Shown: one piece after another, positions 23,318 to 34,907 of the stretch
Layout: each line of letters begins with the position of its first letter
Position numbering within the stretch: position 1 is the stretch's first letter
Assembly: GCA_013265495.1 (NCBI GenBank)
Contig: MU062233.1
Location: 6,478,554 to 6,542,553 of the forward strand
Direction of reading: 5' to 3'
DNA: 64,000 nt
Source: Vicugna vicugna
Taxonomy: Eukaryota
The notes under the pieces: generated by a model
Told to the model about the DNA's origin: nothing
The model's database searches: none
Seen by the model: the letters and a program-made list of their open reading frames with translations, nothing else
Program-made: the position numbers and the translations under genes

Positions 23318-23809
23318 ATAAAAGACAGAGCATGACCTTAGTGGGAAGAGCTGCAAACTGGTGGAGCAGCTGCCTCATTTCCATAATAGATTAGGGGAGC
23401 CAAACTCAGAAAGCCGATCTGATAAAGCATATAATTCTATGGGACACTTGTATCCTATGGGAAATGGTATAAGGAAAACACCCTTACATTATAGCAGTTC
23501 TGCAACACTCACCCACGGTGAGTTGCATGTTTTTTACTTTTTTTTTTTTTAAGCAAAAATGGAAACCTGCAGGCAATTTCTTAAGCCATGCGGTAATTAG
23601 AGAGTATCTGAAGCCTAAGACAACAAAATCCAGTTAAAAAAGACAAAATCAGTATTGAAAGTAAAACTCATAGCCTGGCAGCTTTTACTTATAAACTGCT
23701 GGTAAAACATCACAGGACAGCAGTGAACCTGAACAGCAATCTTAACCCAGTGGTAAACATGCTGACTCCTGCCCTGAGGAAAGGGACACAGGGATCACCA
23801 GAAACTCAC

Positions 23810-23842
23810 CATCTGAAACTTATTCACTTCTTTGGAGCTCAC
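23810..23842 (-). CDS. SRP14: SRP14 exon 4: VSSKEVNKFQM
   Basis: cccccttcttttccag|GTG...ATG|gtgagt, 33 nt. Confidence 0.96.
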
Positions 23843-25001
23843 CTGGAAAAGAAGGGGGAAAGGTCACCCATTATCCATAGAGGAATCATCTGCCTCACCC
23901 AGTAACAATTCAAAAGCCTCATGAAGCCAACATCCTAATCCTTAAAAATACTTCTTCCCAATTGCAGAGATCACAATATGCTAAAAGCTATCTTTCTACT
24001 TCACCTTCCTCTACCTGAGGAACATGCAACGTAGCTCTGCACTTTTTTCCACATGAGAATTGTTCCAAGATAGGAAAGAGGCAGAAGTGGGCTCCTTAAG
24101 AAGCGATGCTTCTCCCCTCTGTTGAAATCTTACACATGTGGCACTGACTTTTTCCCCCTCGGCTCTGAGAGATATCAGACGACTTGGTATTAACCTTTTA
24201 TACAAGATACATTTAAGTTACTCCCTCCCCATCTTATTTTAAACCTACCTTCCATTAATTCAGACCCATTTAAGCAAAATGAACGCTACTGCAACAAGAG
24301 ATCTACCTCTGAAGTCTCCTTAGTTTTCTGTATTTCATGATGCCCAACTTTATTTTTAAAAGCCACATAAGCTTGCTTTACTGTAAAAGTCTTCAAGGTA
24401 ACTAAAATAGGGAGACTTAATCAACTAATTATGGTCTATCATATCTTATCATCTGGTTAGAGGGCAGTCCAATTCTACCCCAGCAGCATAAAAGAGTATT
24501 CATTTGGAATCCAAGGAGTCTCTTGCTTTCATATTCAACCTCCACCTTGAAAGGAACACTAGGACTCTTGACTAAATTATATGCTCTCAAATACAAAGTT
24601 TAACATAATACATGTTTGGTACATGAATCACAAAGACACAATAATCATCTTAAAAGTAAAAGCATCATCTGGTACCAAGAAACTGTTCACTGAAAGCCCA
24701 GCACAGTAAAGGAATAAGGAATCAAATACACCAACTGCTCCTGACAGTGCTACTAAGAGTAAGGACCAATATGCTAATTTTATTTCTAACAGGTGTTTGA
24801 CTTTTACCCTTCATTTTAATTTTGCTCTTGAGTTTTCTACTACTAACATAATAAAAGAAGACCCTGATCCCAAAACAGCTGGGGAGGTAGACACTAGGCT
24901 TTATTTAAACAAAACAAAAACACCTGGTTCAGCTATACCCCGTCCTCAGTTAAGTTCAAGTCTTTAAACTCCAAAACTGTAGTTTTAGGAATCCAACTCA
25001 C

Positions 25002-25114
25002 CACGGTGCTGATCTTCTTCTTCCCATCAGTAGCTCTTAACAGACACTTGTTGTCTGAGGGCTCAAAGCCCTCCACAGAACCTTTCCTTGGAATGGGTTT
25101 AGTCCGACCATCAT
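25002..25114 (-). CDS. SRP14: SRP14 exon 3: (Y)DGRTKPIPRKGSVEGFEPSDNKCLLRATDGKKKISTV
   Basis: atttttcatgcag|AT GAT...GTG|gtgagt, 113 nt. Confidence 0.97.
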
Positions 25115-25636
25115 CTGCATGAAAAATACATCCTAGTGAACATGACCACAGTCGCTGTTAGCAGGTAGACAAAAAGTTAATTAGTAGGGAAGGGATACAC
25201 AGGATACCTAATCCACCTCCACTGATCCAGTTCTGTGAACTACATCATTGCTATCACCGACGGCTTGGCCACACCTTGGAAAACTACTTGCTTTGCTACT
25301 TCCACGATGGGAACATTGTAATATCAAAGCAGCTTAAATCTCACTAATCGTAGCGAGGTTTGGGATCCTTGACAAAAAGAAGGGCCCTAACATGCCTGGG
25401 GCCCTCTGGAACCGGAATCGGTCTAAGTGGTTCAGTGCTGGGGGCCGCCAACAGCCAGTCCCTAATACTTCGTTCGGTCCCTCAGCCCTGAACATGCCCA
25501 GTACGAACATGCCCAGTACAAGATGGAGGGAGGCAGGGGAAGGCTGGGCTGCGCGGCAGACAGACTGCCTGTGGCTCCCAGTCACTAGGCACCCGCGCGG
25601 CCTCCCAGCTCTCTTCCGGCGTCCACAGCTGCTTAC

Positions 25637-25709
25637 ACTTCTTCAAGGTGATGAACACGCTGCCCGACAACCGGCATTTCTGGAACAGCCTGGTCAGCTC
25701 CGTCAGGAA
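25637..25709 (-). CDS. SRP14: SRP14 exon 2: FLTELTRLFQKCRLSGSVFITLKK(Y)
   Basis: ttgtattccag|TTC...AAG T|gtaagc, 73 nt. Confidence 0.97.
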
Positions 25710-25851
25710 CTGGAATACAACAAGCCCGGCCCCGTTAGGCAACCCAAATCCCCGTCCTGCCTCGTCACGTCCCAGTCCCTCCCGCAGGGGACAGGTCCCG
25801 AGCTAAGCCCTGAACTACATCAGTCCCCCGGCCGGCCAGCTCTGGCGTTAC

Positions 25852-25875
25852 CTGCTCACTCTCCAGCAGCACCAT
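25852..25875 (-). CDS. SRP14: SRP14 exon 1 coding part: MVLLESEQ
   Basis: gccgggATGg...CAG|gtaacg. The five exons total 333 nt, giving 110 aa plus stop. Confidence 0.97.
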
Positions 25876-26182
25876 CCCGGCGCTGCTGGCTCCGCTCTGT
25901 CAGCATAAGGCCCAAGCGTTTGGAGCCGGAAGTTTCACCCCGGTTGGGCGGGGCTTCCGCTATTAGGTTGCACCTCTCTTCCACCCAATCGCTGCTTCCG
26001 CCCTCTCCCCGCCCCATCCGCCCCGCGCCTGCGCTCTAAGACGCCCCCGTCCCTGGAGAGCTATGAGGCGTAGTGCCCTTGGGCTTCCCGGGATTTCATT
26101 ATGAAGAGATCCTCTCCCCCAGGCAGTGGGAGGGAGTGAGAGCGGGGAGAATGTGATAGAAATCTACGGTTGTGTATATTCG

Positions 26183-26852
26183 GCTGTATGCTGGCCACAT
26201 TACCTAACAGTTTGGCGCTTCAGTTTCCTCAACCTGTAATAATAGTATCCACTTCACAGTGTGGTTGTGAAGGGTGAGCGAATTTGTGTTAAACACCTAC
26301 AACATGATACGAGGTATCATACCGCAGATCACTGCCTGTTCATCAACATTTTAAAAGCACAAACGAGTTTTCTAAATGGAAATTTTAAATGGTTTAGCAT
26401 TGTTTATGATTTTTCTCTAATTTACTGGTCAGACCTCTTATTTCAGAAAGGTAAATAGATGTTAACATTGTTGCTTCCTTTAATCTTGCGGTTTTCTCTT
26501 TATTTTTGGATTTTTAATCAGTATTCTGATAAACTGCTGCTGAATTCTGATAAAATGACTGGCACAATTTTGAATAAGGTTATACAAAGGTATATATGTT
26601 CCACTGGGTTAAATTTTTCATGAAACTTTAAATTACTGAATTTCTTTTCAGTTGCATGTGGTCTTTTGATTGCACATTGTACAAGGATAGTTTTAGTTAA
26701 ATATATTATGTTGTACACCAGAAATTGACCCAACATTGTAAATTGACTATACTTCAATAAAAAAATAAAATAAACGTGATAAATGAAACAAAAAATAAAT
26801 AAACACCTACAACAGCGCTTGGCCCATAGAAGGTGCTCAATAAGCATTAGCT
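26183..26852 (+). mobile_element. MIR split in two (26183-26304 and 26800-26852) by a retro-insertion
   Basis: The halves rejoin into continuous MIR consensus across the duplicated taaacacctacaaca. Confidence 0.8.
26305..26799 (+). pseudogene. 5'-truncated retro-insertion of an unidentified mRNA 3'UTR-like sequence, containing a nested ~70-bp L1 tail
   Basis: 15-bp TSD (26290-26304 and 26800-26814), AATAAA at 26769-26774 and an A-rich tail. Confidence 0.7.
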
Positions 26853-27726
26853 TTTGTGGCTTTCATTATCATTGTCATCATAATACATTTCAGTGGTCTG
26901 CTGAACTCTCCCTCTTCTTTGACTCCCTCTGGCAGCAAAGGCTGACCCCAGCTCTAGCACAAGGGCCTGGAGCTGGGAATTAGTTTCACCTCTGGGTTCA
27001 GTCAGGAGCCCTGGGGTCTAGGCCTGGCTCTGCCAGTAGCCACCTTGAACCTTAGGCCTCGGTAGAGTCAAGCATGAAATCGTGTAACGAGCTTTCACTG
27101 AGGGCCTCTTAGCCTGTGCCAGGACTGTTGTAGGCGCTGGGGGTACAGGAGGATACAAGATAAGTTCCTGATTTCCTGAATCTTGGGTTAAAGGAGTAGG
27201 GAGGAAATAAACAAGAAAGTGTAGCTTCAGATAATGAGTGCCTATGAAGACAACTAAACAGGATGATACAAATGAGAGTGAGGAGAGGACTACTTTAGGA
27301 TGGGGTCAGGGAAATCTCTCCCAGGAGAACTCTGAGCTGAAAGCTAAAGGGACCAGCCTTTCAAAGATCTGGGGACAGGGTGTTTCAGACACAGGGAATG
27401 GCTAGAACAAACACCCCAAAGGGGAAGCAAGTTGCCCTGCGTCCACAAAGCTGCTGCGTAGGGGTGGAGGGTGGGGTAAGAGAGGAGAGGTTGTGTGGAA
27501 GGAGGGGTGAAGGAGTACGGAGAGCTTGGAGAGGTGGCTGGTTGACCCACTGATATAGGGCCTATAAATTTGGATTTTGTTCCAAATACAAAGAAAAGGT
27601 ACTTGTTAAGGAAGTTTTGAAAAGAACAGTGACAATCAAATTTACATTTTTAAAAGATCCCCCTGTCTGTGGTGTGAAGGTACTGCAGAGAGACAAAGCA
27701 AGAAGCAGGGGGACCAATTAGAGGGT

Positions 27727-28117
27727 TGTCTTAGCTTCCTATTGCTGCTAAACAAATTGGCACAAACTTAGTGGCTTAAAACAACATGAGTCTATCCTTT
27801 ACAGGTCTGGAGGTCAGAAGTCTAAAATCAATGTGTCTGCAGGGTTGCATTCCATCTGTTTCCTTGCCTGTCTAGAAACCACCTGCATTCCTTGGATCGT
27901 GGCCCCTTGCTTCCATTGTCACATCTCCAACTACTGACTTTGATCCTCCTGCCTCCCTCTTATAGGGACCTTGTGGTTACACTGCGCCCTCCTAGATAAT
28001 CTCCCCGACTCAAGATCCTTAATGTAATCACGCCTGCAAAGTCCTTTAAACATGTGACATATTCACAGGTTTCAGGCAGGACATAGATATCTTAGGGAAG
28101 GGTTGAGGGCTACCATA
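27727..28117 (-). mobile_element. MLT1 (MaLR) solo LTR
   Basis: tgtcttagcttcctattgctgct...aaacttagtggcttaaaacaaca...gtaatcacgcctgcaaagtcc...taccata. Confidence 0.85.
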
Positions 28118-28256
28118 GAGGTTACTGCAAAAGTCCAGGTGCTAGCAGCATTTGCAATCAGATTAGTGTATACTTTGAAGGTAGAGTCAACAGGACTCAT
28201 ACTCAATTGGATGTGAACATTAAGAGAAAAAGAGAAATCGGGAAAGACTCATAGGC

Positions 28257-28547
28257 TTTTTTTTTAAATTGAAGTATAGTTGATTTACAGAGTTTTGGGT
28301 GTACAGTAAAGTGACTCAATTATACATATATATATTCTTTGCCAGATTCTTTTCTGTTATAGGTTATTACAAGATGCTGAATATAGTTCCCTGTGCTATA
28401 CAGTAGGTCCTTGTTGTTTATTTTATATATAGTGGTGTGTATCTGTTGATCCCAAATTCCCAATTTATCCTTCTCCCCACCCCAACCATTTCTTCTTTGG
28501 TAACCGTAGTTTGTTTATGTCTGTGAGTCTATTTCTGTTTTGTAAAT
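28257..28547 (-). mobile_element. 5'-truncated L1 3' tail
   Basis: ttttaaattgaagtatagttgatttaca...tataggttattacaagatgctgaatatagttccctgtgctatacagtagg; degenerate TSD (11/15). Confidence 0.85.
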
Positions 28548-29684
28548 GATTCAAAGATTTTTGATTTGTGCAACTGGGTGGCTAGTGGTGCCATTTAGTA
28601 AGGGAGGAAAAACTTGAGAAGTAAGAAGTTTTGTAAGAAGATGAAAAGGGTTTTTTGGGGTCTTGGAATATCTGAGATACCTGTTACTTATCCACATGGA
28701 ACTATCAGGTAAGCAGCTGCATATGCAAGTTTGGAGCTCAGTAGAAAGGTATAAATTATAAATGAAAATTGAGGAGTCATCTTTGTTTGTCCATGGAACT
28801 AGCACAGACTAGAACAGTCTGGGGAAAGTCCCTCCTATGGGGCTGCCAGCACAAGACCACTCTGCAATGAGCACCACTATGAATAGCCTCTACAGAGCCC
28901 TGGGCCTTGGTATCATGAGCTCAGAGTCAGAGTCCTGGCTGAGAGCCCCAAACTGGCCAATCCTAGGTCATAGGCTTGAGTCCCAGTTCTGGGGTGGGTG
29001 AGGGAGTGACCCTCTGACTTTTATTTTCCTTGCTTTTCACCAAGACCCACACAATGGAGGATTACAAATAGGTTCAGATCCTAGAGAACCAAAAGCCAGC
29101 AGAGATCTGCTACACAAGATCATCAGGGTGCTGGACATTTGGAAGAAAGTGTAAAATAATCAGGGAGTGTACACATTTCAGATGTGTGGTCAGATCTCCA
29201 GGAACTGTGAGGGCCCACTTGATATTTGTGGTCATGAATTTAAGTGGAACCAGTTACAGCCTTGTGTGATCTCAGAGTTGGCCTGAATGATGACCGTTAT
29301 GCTCTGAGCCTCTATCATTCATTGAATATTGAGCAGTGTTCTTTAGAGCCGTGAGCTTGGACCTGGCGGCACCAGGATGAAGGAACTGGCCCTGTGCTTG
29401 AGGAACACAGAGCCTGGGGCCCTGATTCATCTGGGGCCTCGTCAAGATTAGCCCTCACTGTGGACACATCTCACTGCTTCCTGTGTGGGCTTGGTCACAC
29501 CTTGGTTCCACTTAAGAATCAACAGTCGTGCAAGCCACCATGTGTGACATCTCCAGGCCATCCCATGACAGAATAAGCCACTCTAGTAACAAAAACACCC
29601 AAGTCTGCCAGTTTTAGCATCGCCCTTGGTCCAGTACAATTCAGCTACTGACACAGTGTTCTTGGGCTCTCTCTACCTGTGGGA

Positions 29685-30130
29685 AGTGATTAAGAGCAAC
29701 TGTTCTGTAGTTCAGTGGGTCTGGGTTCAGATGTTACCTCTGCTACTTATTATGTGACCTTAGGCAACCTCTCAAGGTCTAAATCTCTTCCTGAGCAAAA
29801 TGGCAATAATAATACCTATTTCATAGATGTTATAAAGAGTTTATAAATTACTATGCATAAGACACTTAAGCTTGTTCTAATATGGTAAACATGGATATTT
29901 AAATTTAAATTAATTAAAATTAAATATTAATAAAATTAAATTAAAATTCAAGAAAAAAAGAGTTCAATTATTTAGTCTCATTAGCCACATTTCAAAGACT
30001 CAATAGCCCTGTGTGGCTTTGATACTGCAGGTATAAAGCATTTCCATTATCACAGATTCTGTAGGACAGCATGATTGTGGCTGGCACTGAGGTTGGCATG
30101 TAATGAGTGCTCAATAAAGAGTAATAAGCA
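29685..30130 (+). mobile_element. MIR interrupted by a MER3/MER33-like hAT fragment (about 29880-30040)
   Basis: MIR head and tail motifs flank attagccacatttcaaagactcaatagccctgtgtggct. Confidence 0.6.
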
Positions 30131-30299
30131 GAGGGGAGGGTATAGCTCAAGTGGAAAACACATGCCTACCATGCGCAAGGTCCTGGGTTCAATCCCCAGT
30201 ACGTCCTATAAAAATAAAATAAAATAAACCTAATTACCTGCCCCCCTGCCAAAATAAAATAATTAAGCAATATAATACTAAATAAATAAAATATTTTTA
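30131..30299 (+). mobile_element. tRNA-derived SINE (Vic-1-type) with perfect 15-bp TSD
   Basis: TSD aaagagtaataagca at 30116-30130 and 30300-30314. A/B-box-like TATAGCTCAAGTGG and GGTTCAATCC. Confidence 0.9.
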
Positions 30300-32090
30300 A
30301 AAGAGTAATAAGCAATGCTATCATTTATAGACCAGCCACCATCCATCATTTGGACACCACTATCTTGATTTCTGCCATAACCCACATACCACCTGTACTA
30401 TTAGTTAATACTTTTAAGTTGACTCATTTTATACTTGTTAATTTAATATCATTATCATAAATGGAAAATCAGTATTTTTGCCATAAACAAGAGGATGATA
30501 AAAGTAAGTACTATGAAACAAGATGTGGCTAAACTTTAAAATTTGAGATTTAAAAATGAAAAACAATGAATAAAAGCAATAATTCGATTCATAAAAATCT
30601 ACATTTAAAAGTAAATTCTCCAATGAGAAAAAATGGAATTGTTTATGATCCGTCAGGAGTAAAGGTAGCTCAATGAACAATGAAATTGAGAGTCTCCGTC
30701 AATAAGACATGATTAAATTCACCTTGCACCCAAAATCCTACCTTGCGATTAGATTGGTGGCTTTTGGACACCTGGAACAGAGGAGTGTGCGAGGCAGGAA
30801 GTTGGGTCACTTCTCCAAACCACGCGGGCCAGACGCCTTCCCCCTCCTTCTCCCTCATCCAAGGAAAACTGGGGAAGGAAAAATGGCTCCCAAGTCCCTC
30901 CCACATCCAGGGCCTTGAACAAAGGCCTCCACAGCCCCAAGACCAACACAGAGGCCCTCAACCCAGAACACCGGCATCTACTTGAGGCCGGGTTCAGAGC
31001 TGCTACCCGAAGACCTGGGAGAAAAAAACTCCCCATGCTCCTCAGCTGGAGGGGCCTGAGGGTCTGCAGAAGTGTCCTGCTTACACCCCTGAAGCCACCT
31101 CTCCCGAGTGCTGTGGTCACAGTTGTCCCTTCCTCAGAGTACAATTTAGTCTATTAGCTTTAAACCAGGGGTACGGTTTGAATTCGGATCAAGGGTCTTT
31201 TCTAGGCTGAGGTTGATTAATTTACAGCAGCAGCCACTCTCATGCAATCAAGCCTTGCAGTACCTAGAACAGAGAGTGATGATTATAAACAACTACGCTG
31301 CATCCCAGCTGCCTGGGTTTGAACCCCAGGTCTACCTCTCCTCGTCTCAGTGACTGGAGGCAAATTACCTTTTACCCCTGTTAAAAGATAATTAAAAAAA
31401 ATAACGGTGAAATCATGACTCTTACGCACTTATTCAAGCTTTATTTACCTTATCATTAATGAGGGAACCAGGTAAATGATACACCCCATTCAAAGGAGGA
31501 TTACCATAATGTTAAGGAGTTAGACTAGATTGCACAAGTCACTTCCACTTCCAAATTTATAAGAACTACTACTCCTCTCCCTCTGGCCCCACCTGAAAGC
31601 CTAGGAAGTTTCCAGAACCCATGAGTGTCAGTGGTTAGCTCACATGGGATAGGGGAAGCTGGCCATGCCACCAGGCCTTCCCTCCAGCGTCTCAGGGCTG
31701 GGAGCGCCCGGGCTGGGTCCTGCCTGCAGTGCTCCTTGGAGCCGGCAGGGGACGCCCTGACCTCGCCAGACAAGTACAGCCACAGGCAACCCCGGCTTTC
31801 CCAGATCGTCTTGTCCCATCACCTTAGACGGTAAAAATAGCCAAGACTGTGATCGTTATTTTTCAATATCACTTCTGCTGAGGCTAGGAGTTTCTCGTAA
31901 TGGATATTATCATTCATCCCATCACAGATCATCACAAACCAGCACCTGTTCTAGATGCTGGGGTCCCAGGAAGTGGATTGAGTTCTGCATTAGATGATGC
32001 ACAACTTTTTTTCTTAGATGATACCTGACTTATATTTACTGAGAAATTACTAGCACCGGGTGTATTTCTAGTTGCTTTAAGTATATTCTC

Positions 32091-32093
32091 TAT

Positions 32094-32149
<56 letters not shown>

Positions 32150-32206
32150 ATTAAAGTCTAGTCAGTTTGCAATGTGTCTTCTGGTGTACAGCATAATGCT
32201 TCAATC
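32091..32206 (-). mobile_element. Very short L1 3' tail with (TTTA)n microsatellite tail, inserted in a MIR (about 32040-32390)
   Basis: TSD aagtatattctc (32079-32090) / aagtacattctc (32207-32218); (TATT)n at 32091-32147. Confidence 0.85.
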
Positions 32207-33854
32207 AAGTACATTCTCTCTTGAACTCTCATAACAGTCCTGTGAGGTGAATGTTGTTTTGTATCCATTTTCTGGCTGAAGACACTGAGGCAGCAGGAGG
32301 TGGAAAGATGTGCCTTGGTTACACCCCTCGTCAGAGGCGGAGTGGAGTTTTGAACCCAGGGCCCACTGACTTCAGAGCCAACTGCACCGCTGCACTGTCT
32401 CTGACAGGGCAAGACCAGGCAAATGAGCACAACCTGAGGGCAGCCCAGGCTGGAGGCAGGGCTTTCAGATGTCCAGAAAGGTGGGGGGAGAGGGATAGGA
32501 AATGGTGAGAAAGGAGGGAAGTTGCACTGAGGACAGCTTGTGGCACAGCAGAAAAACCTGGGACCCCACTCTCCACCCCTCATCTTTCCCTCCCTCCCAA
32601 GCCCCTGTCCCCCAGCCACCCCCAACCCTCCATACAGGTAAAATCTTGCCTCCTGGATCCTTAATCCTTGGATTCTAGTCCCAACCCAGCATTCTCTGGC
32701 TTGTTTCTGAAGGAAAGTCACTTCTTTAGTCTCTATGAGCCTCCATTTCCTCAGCTGTAAAATGGGAATGTTCTGCTCACACTGCTTTGCTGCAGTCGTA
32801 GGTAAGAAAGCACGACAGAAAGGCCGGGTTTCATGGTTATTCTCCCCTCCTCCGCAAGCAGTGCCCCGAGTGCAAACACGCAGTCCTTCAAAACACCCTC
32901 TCCTCCACCCCCCACCAAAACCCCAGTCTCTCACTAACCTCAGTTAGCAATGCAGAGGCCACCCACCTGGGAGCTAAATCATGCTAACATGTTCATGACA
33001 GATGGTAGATACATCACACACGCTCCATTTTGGTAGGCAACTTAGGCCATATTAAACAAAGAAAAGACTCTTAATGGTGGGGTTTCAGGTGCTGTGGCTT
33101 TGGGGAGATTCAAAGGGATTCCCAGTACCCCACAGACTCCAGCCCATGGACACCCTGGCCCCACGTGCCTGGATGGTCAGCTATATACAGAAGAGGATGG
33201 TGGCACTCATGAAACACATGTAAACTTTAACAGGGTCTCCCCTTCCTGGCAGCGATTTCCTCCCTTGCTGAACCTCAGGAAGGGGAGGGCCACCACACCC
33301 CCTATTGTGCGAGGGGAAACTGAGACCAAGAAAAGCAGGCGTGGTTATTGCTCAAGCTGTCCTAGGCAGGCTGGAGGTCTAGGGGTGTGAAGAACCCTCC
33401 CCTCTTCCTGCCTTCCTCCTCCCCCTACTTTCAAGAGTTTAGTGAGTGGGAGAAGGGGCCCTTTTATTCGTAATGATTAGGGGTCCCAAATTTTTAAATT
33501 TCCTGCCTGGGAGTGAAGGACAGGAAATTATAAAGCCAGAGTTTCTGTACAAATTACCCAGGTGTCCTAACTCCCTAAAGTTACAGATGCTGTTCATCTC
33601 TTAGCCTCTGTCATCATTCATCCTTGATTGTCCAGGGAAGCCCACTCCACTGCTCTGAGAGACAAGCAGATGCAGATTTATATGGGAAATCCTAGACAGA
33701 CACACTGAACAGACTCCCCACCAGGTCAGAGCCAAGTTCTGCCTGGTAATAACATCAATGAATCACTGACTTCGGTGAGTCATAATATTGAGCTGCTAGA
33801 GGCCTCCAACATCTTTCTAGTCCAATGTTTTACCTTCTAGGTATTCAAAAGTAA

Positions 33855-33970
33855 GAAAACTGAGTGAGGCCCAGAGATGGGAAGTGACTTGCCCAAGGTC
33901 ACAAAGCTCATAATGGCAGAGTAGAGGCTGGAAGCCCTAAGCTCCAGGTCCATGCACTTTCCACCACCCT
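33855..33970 (-). mobile_element. MIR core
   Basis: aaaactgag..ggcccagagatgggaagtgacttgcccaaggtcaca. Confidence 0.8.
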
Positions 33971-34354
33971 TCACAGCCCTCTGAATGTCCCATGTAGCTG
34001 GAGGGGAGACATAGGGCCCTCATGCTTACCCTAGGCCAGCTCAGGTGTCTCCTAGCAGGTGGGCTCAGTGTTAGCCTCAGCACCCCCTTGGGAAGGGAAC
34101 AGCCTGGGACCCATCCTCACACGCCAGGCACCAGGCCTCGGGTTAGAGGCTATAGGAGGCAGCTTCCTGCTTGGCCCTCATCCAAGACCATTTCACAATG
34201 AGGGGAAAAGCCCTGGGCTGAGAGTCTGGGTTAGTGCTCACTCCACCTCTACCCCAGCCCCTCTCTGCCCTCCTGGGGAAAAGGAGCAAGGGCCTACCTG
34301 AGACTGGGAGAAAGCTGGGAGACAGAGGCTGGAGAGCCACACTGAGAGTGTTCT

Positions 34355-34907
34355 TGTTGCAGCAAGTTCTTGTTCTTGTTGTTCGTGTTACAGCTCAATG
34401 TTACAGCTCAGTTTTGACAGCAGCCTGGATCCTGACGAGAGACCAAGCAGCACTCAGAGGGTCAGAGAACTCAGGGTTATTATGCCAGCAGGCCCAGAGG
34501 AATTAACACTGCAAGCTCTGGACCACGTTTGTCGGTTTACACAAACTTTTATAGGCTGCCACTCTAGACTTTGCAACACCATATGTAAATAAGGTGTAAC
34601 AAAGTTGACTAATCAGGAATGAGCTTTTTAGAAATAGAGCAATCAGGAGTGATAGAAATGGACCAATCAGGAGTGATAGAAATGGACAGATCAGGAGTGA
34701 GCTTTATGTAAATGAGGTGTTACAATTGGACCAATCAAGAGTGAGCTCAGGGAACCAATAGAATCTTAGGGGTAGATAAGTTCCTCTTTCCTAGAAGCAA
34801 GCCATTTTATAGAGGCAAAAAGCAAGATAATGCCGCCCGGCCAGGGACCAAGATGGTGCTGGCAGGAAAGTAGTGGCCTTGCCTGGGGATCCTGCCGGTC
34901 TTTTTCA
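34355..34907 (-). mobile_element. ERV-type solo LTR with tandem CCAAT-containing U3 repeats
   Basis: TG...CA ends, CTATAAAA on - at 34547-34554, and 24-bp repeats gaccaatcaggagtgatagaaatg. No TSD found. Confidence 0.65.

Larger units (their letters stand above)
25540..26100 (-). promoter_or_regulatory. SRP14 CpG-island, TATA-less housekeeping promoter (probably bidirectional)
   Basis: CpG-dense. ETS/GABPA CCGGAAGT at 25926-25933, GC boxes at 25946-25954 and 26007-26015, CCAAT at 25985-25989. Confidence 0.85.
27110..28790 (-). mobile_element. Fragmented L2 hosting an MLT1 and an L1 tail
   Basis: L2 antisense text at 27110-27720, 28120-28255 and 28550-28790. Confidence 0.6.

Noticed and set aside
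23154-23384. 76-aa ORF ending in the SRP14 C-terminus, as a second SRP14 gene
   Set aside because: It is exon 5 plus the cDNA-like insert, read in frame from intronic sequence. There is no promoter, exon 1-2 sequence, separate poly(A) tail or TSD.
25392-26039. 215-aa ORF antisense to SRP14 exons 1-2
   Set aside because: Long stop-free frames are expected in CpG islands; the product is Pro/Arg/Ser-rich and resembles no family I know.
30131-30210. tRNA gene-like A/B boxes (also 10040-10138 and 63209-63285)
   Set aside because: These are SINE heads with A-rich tails, and the two + copies have clear TSDs; there is no proper cloverleaf acceptor stem.
32158-32934. 258-aa minus-strand ORF
   Set aside because: It crosses two MIRs and an L1 tail, with no recognisable domain.
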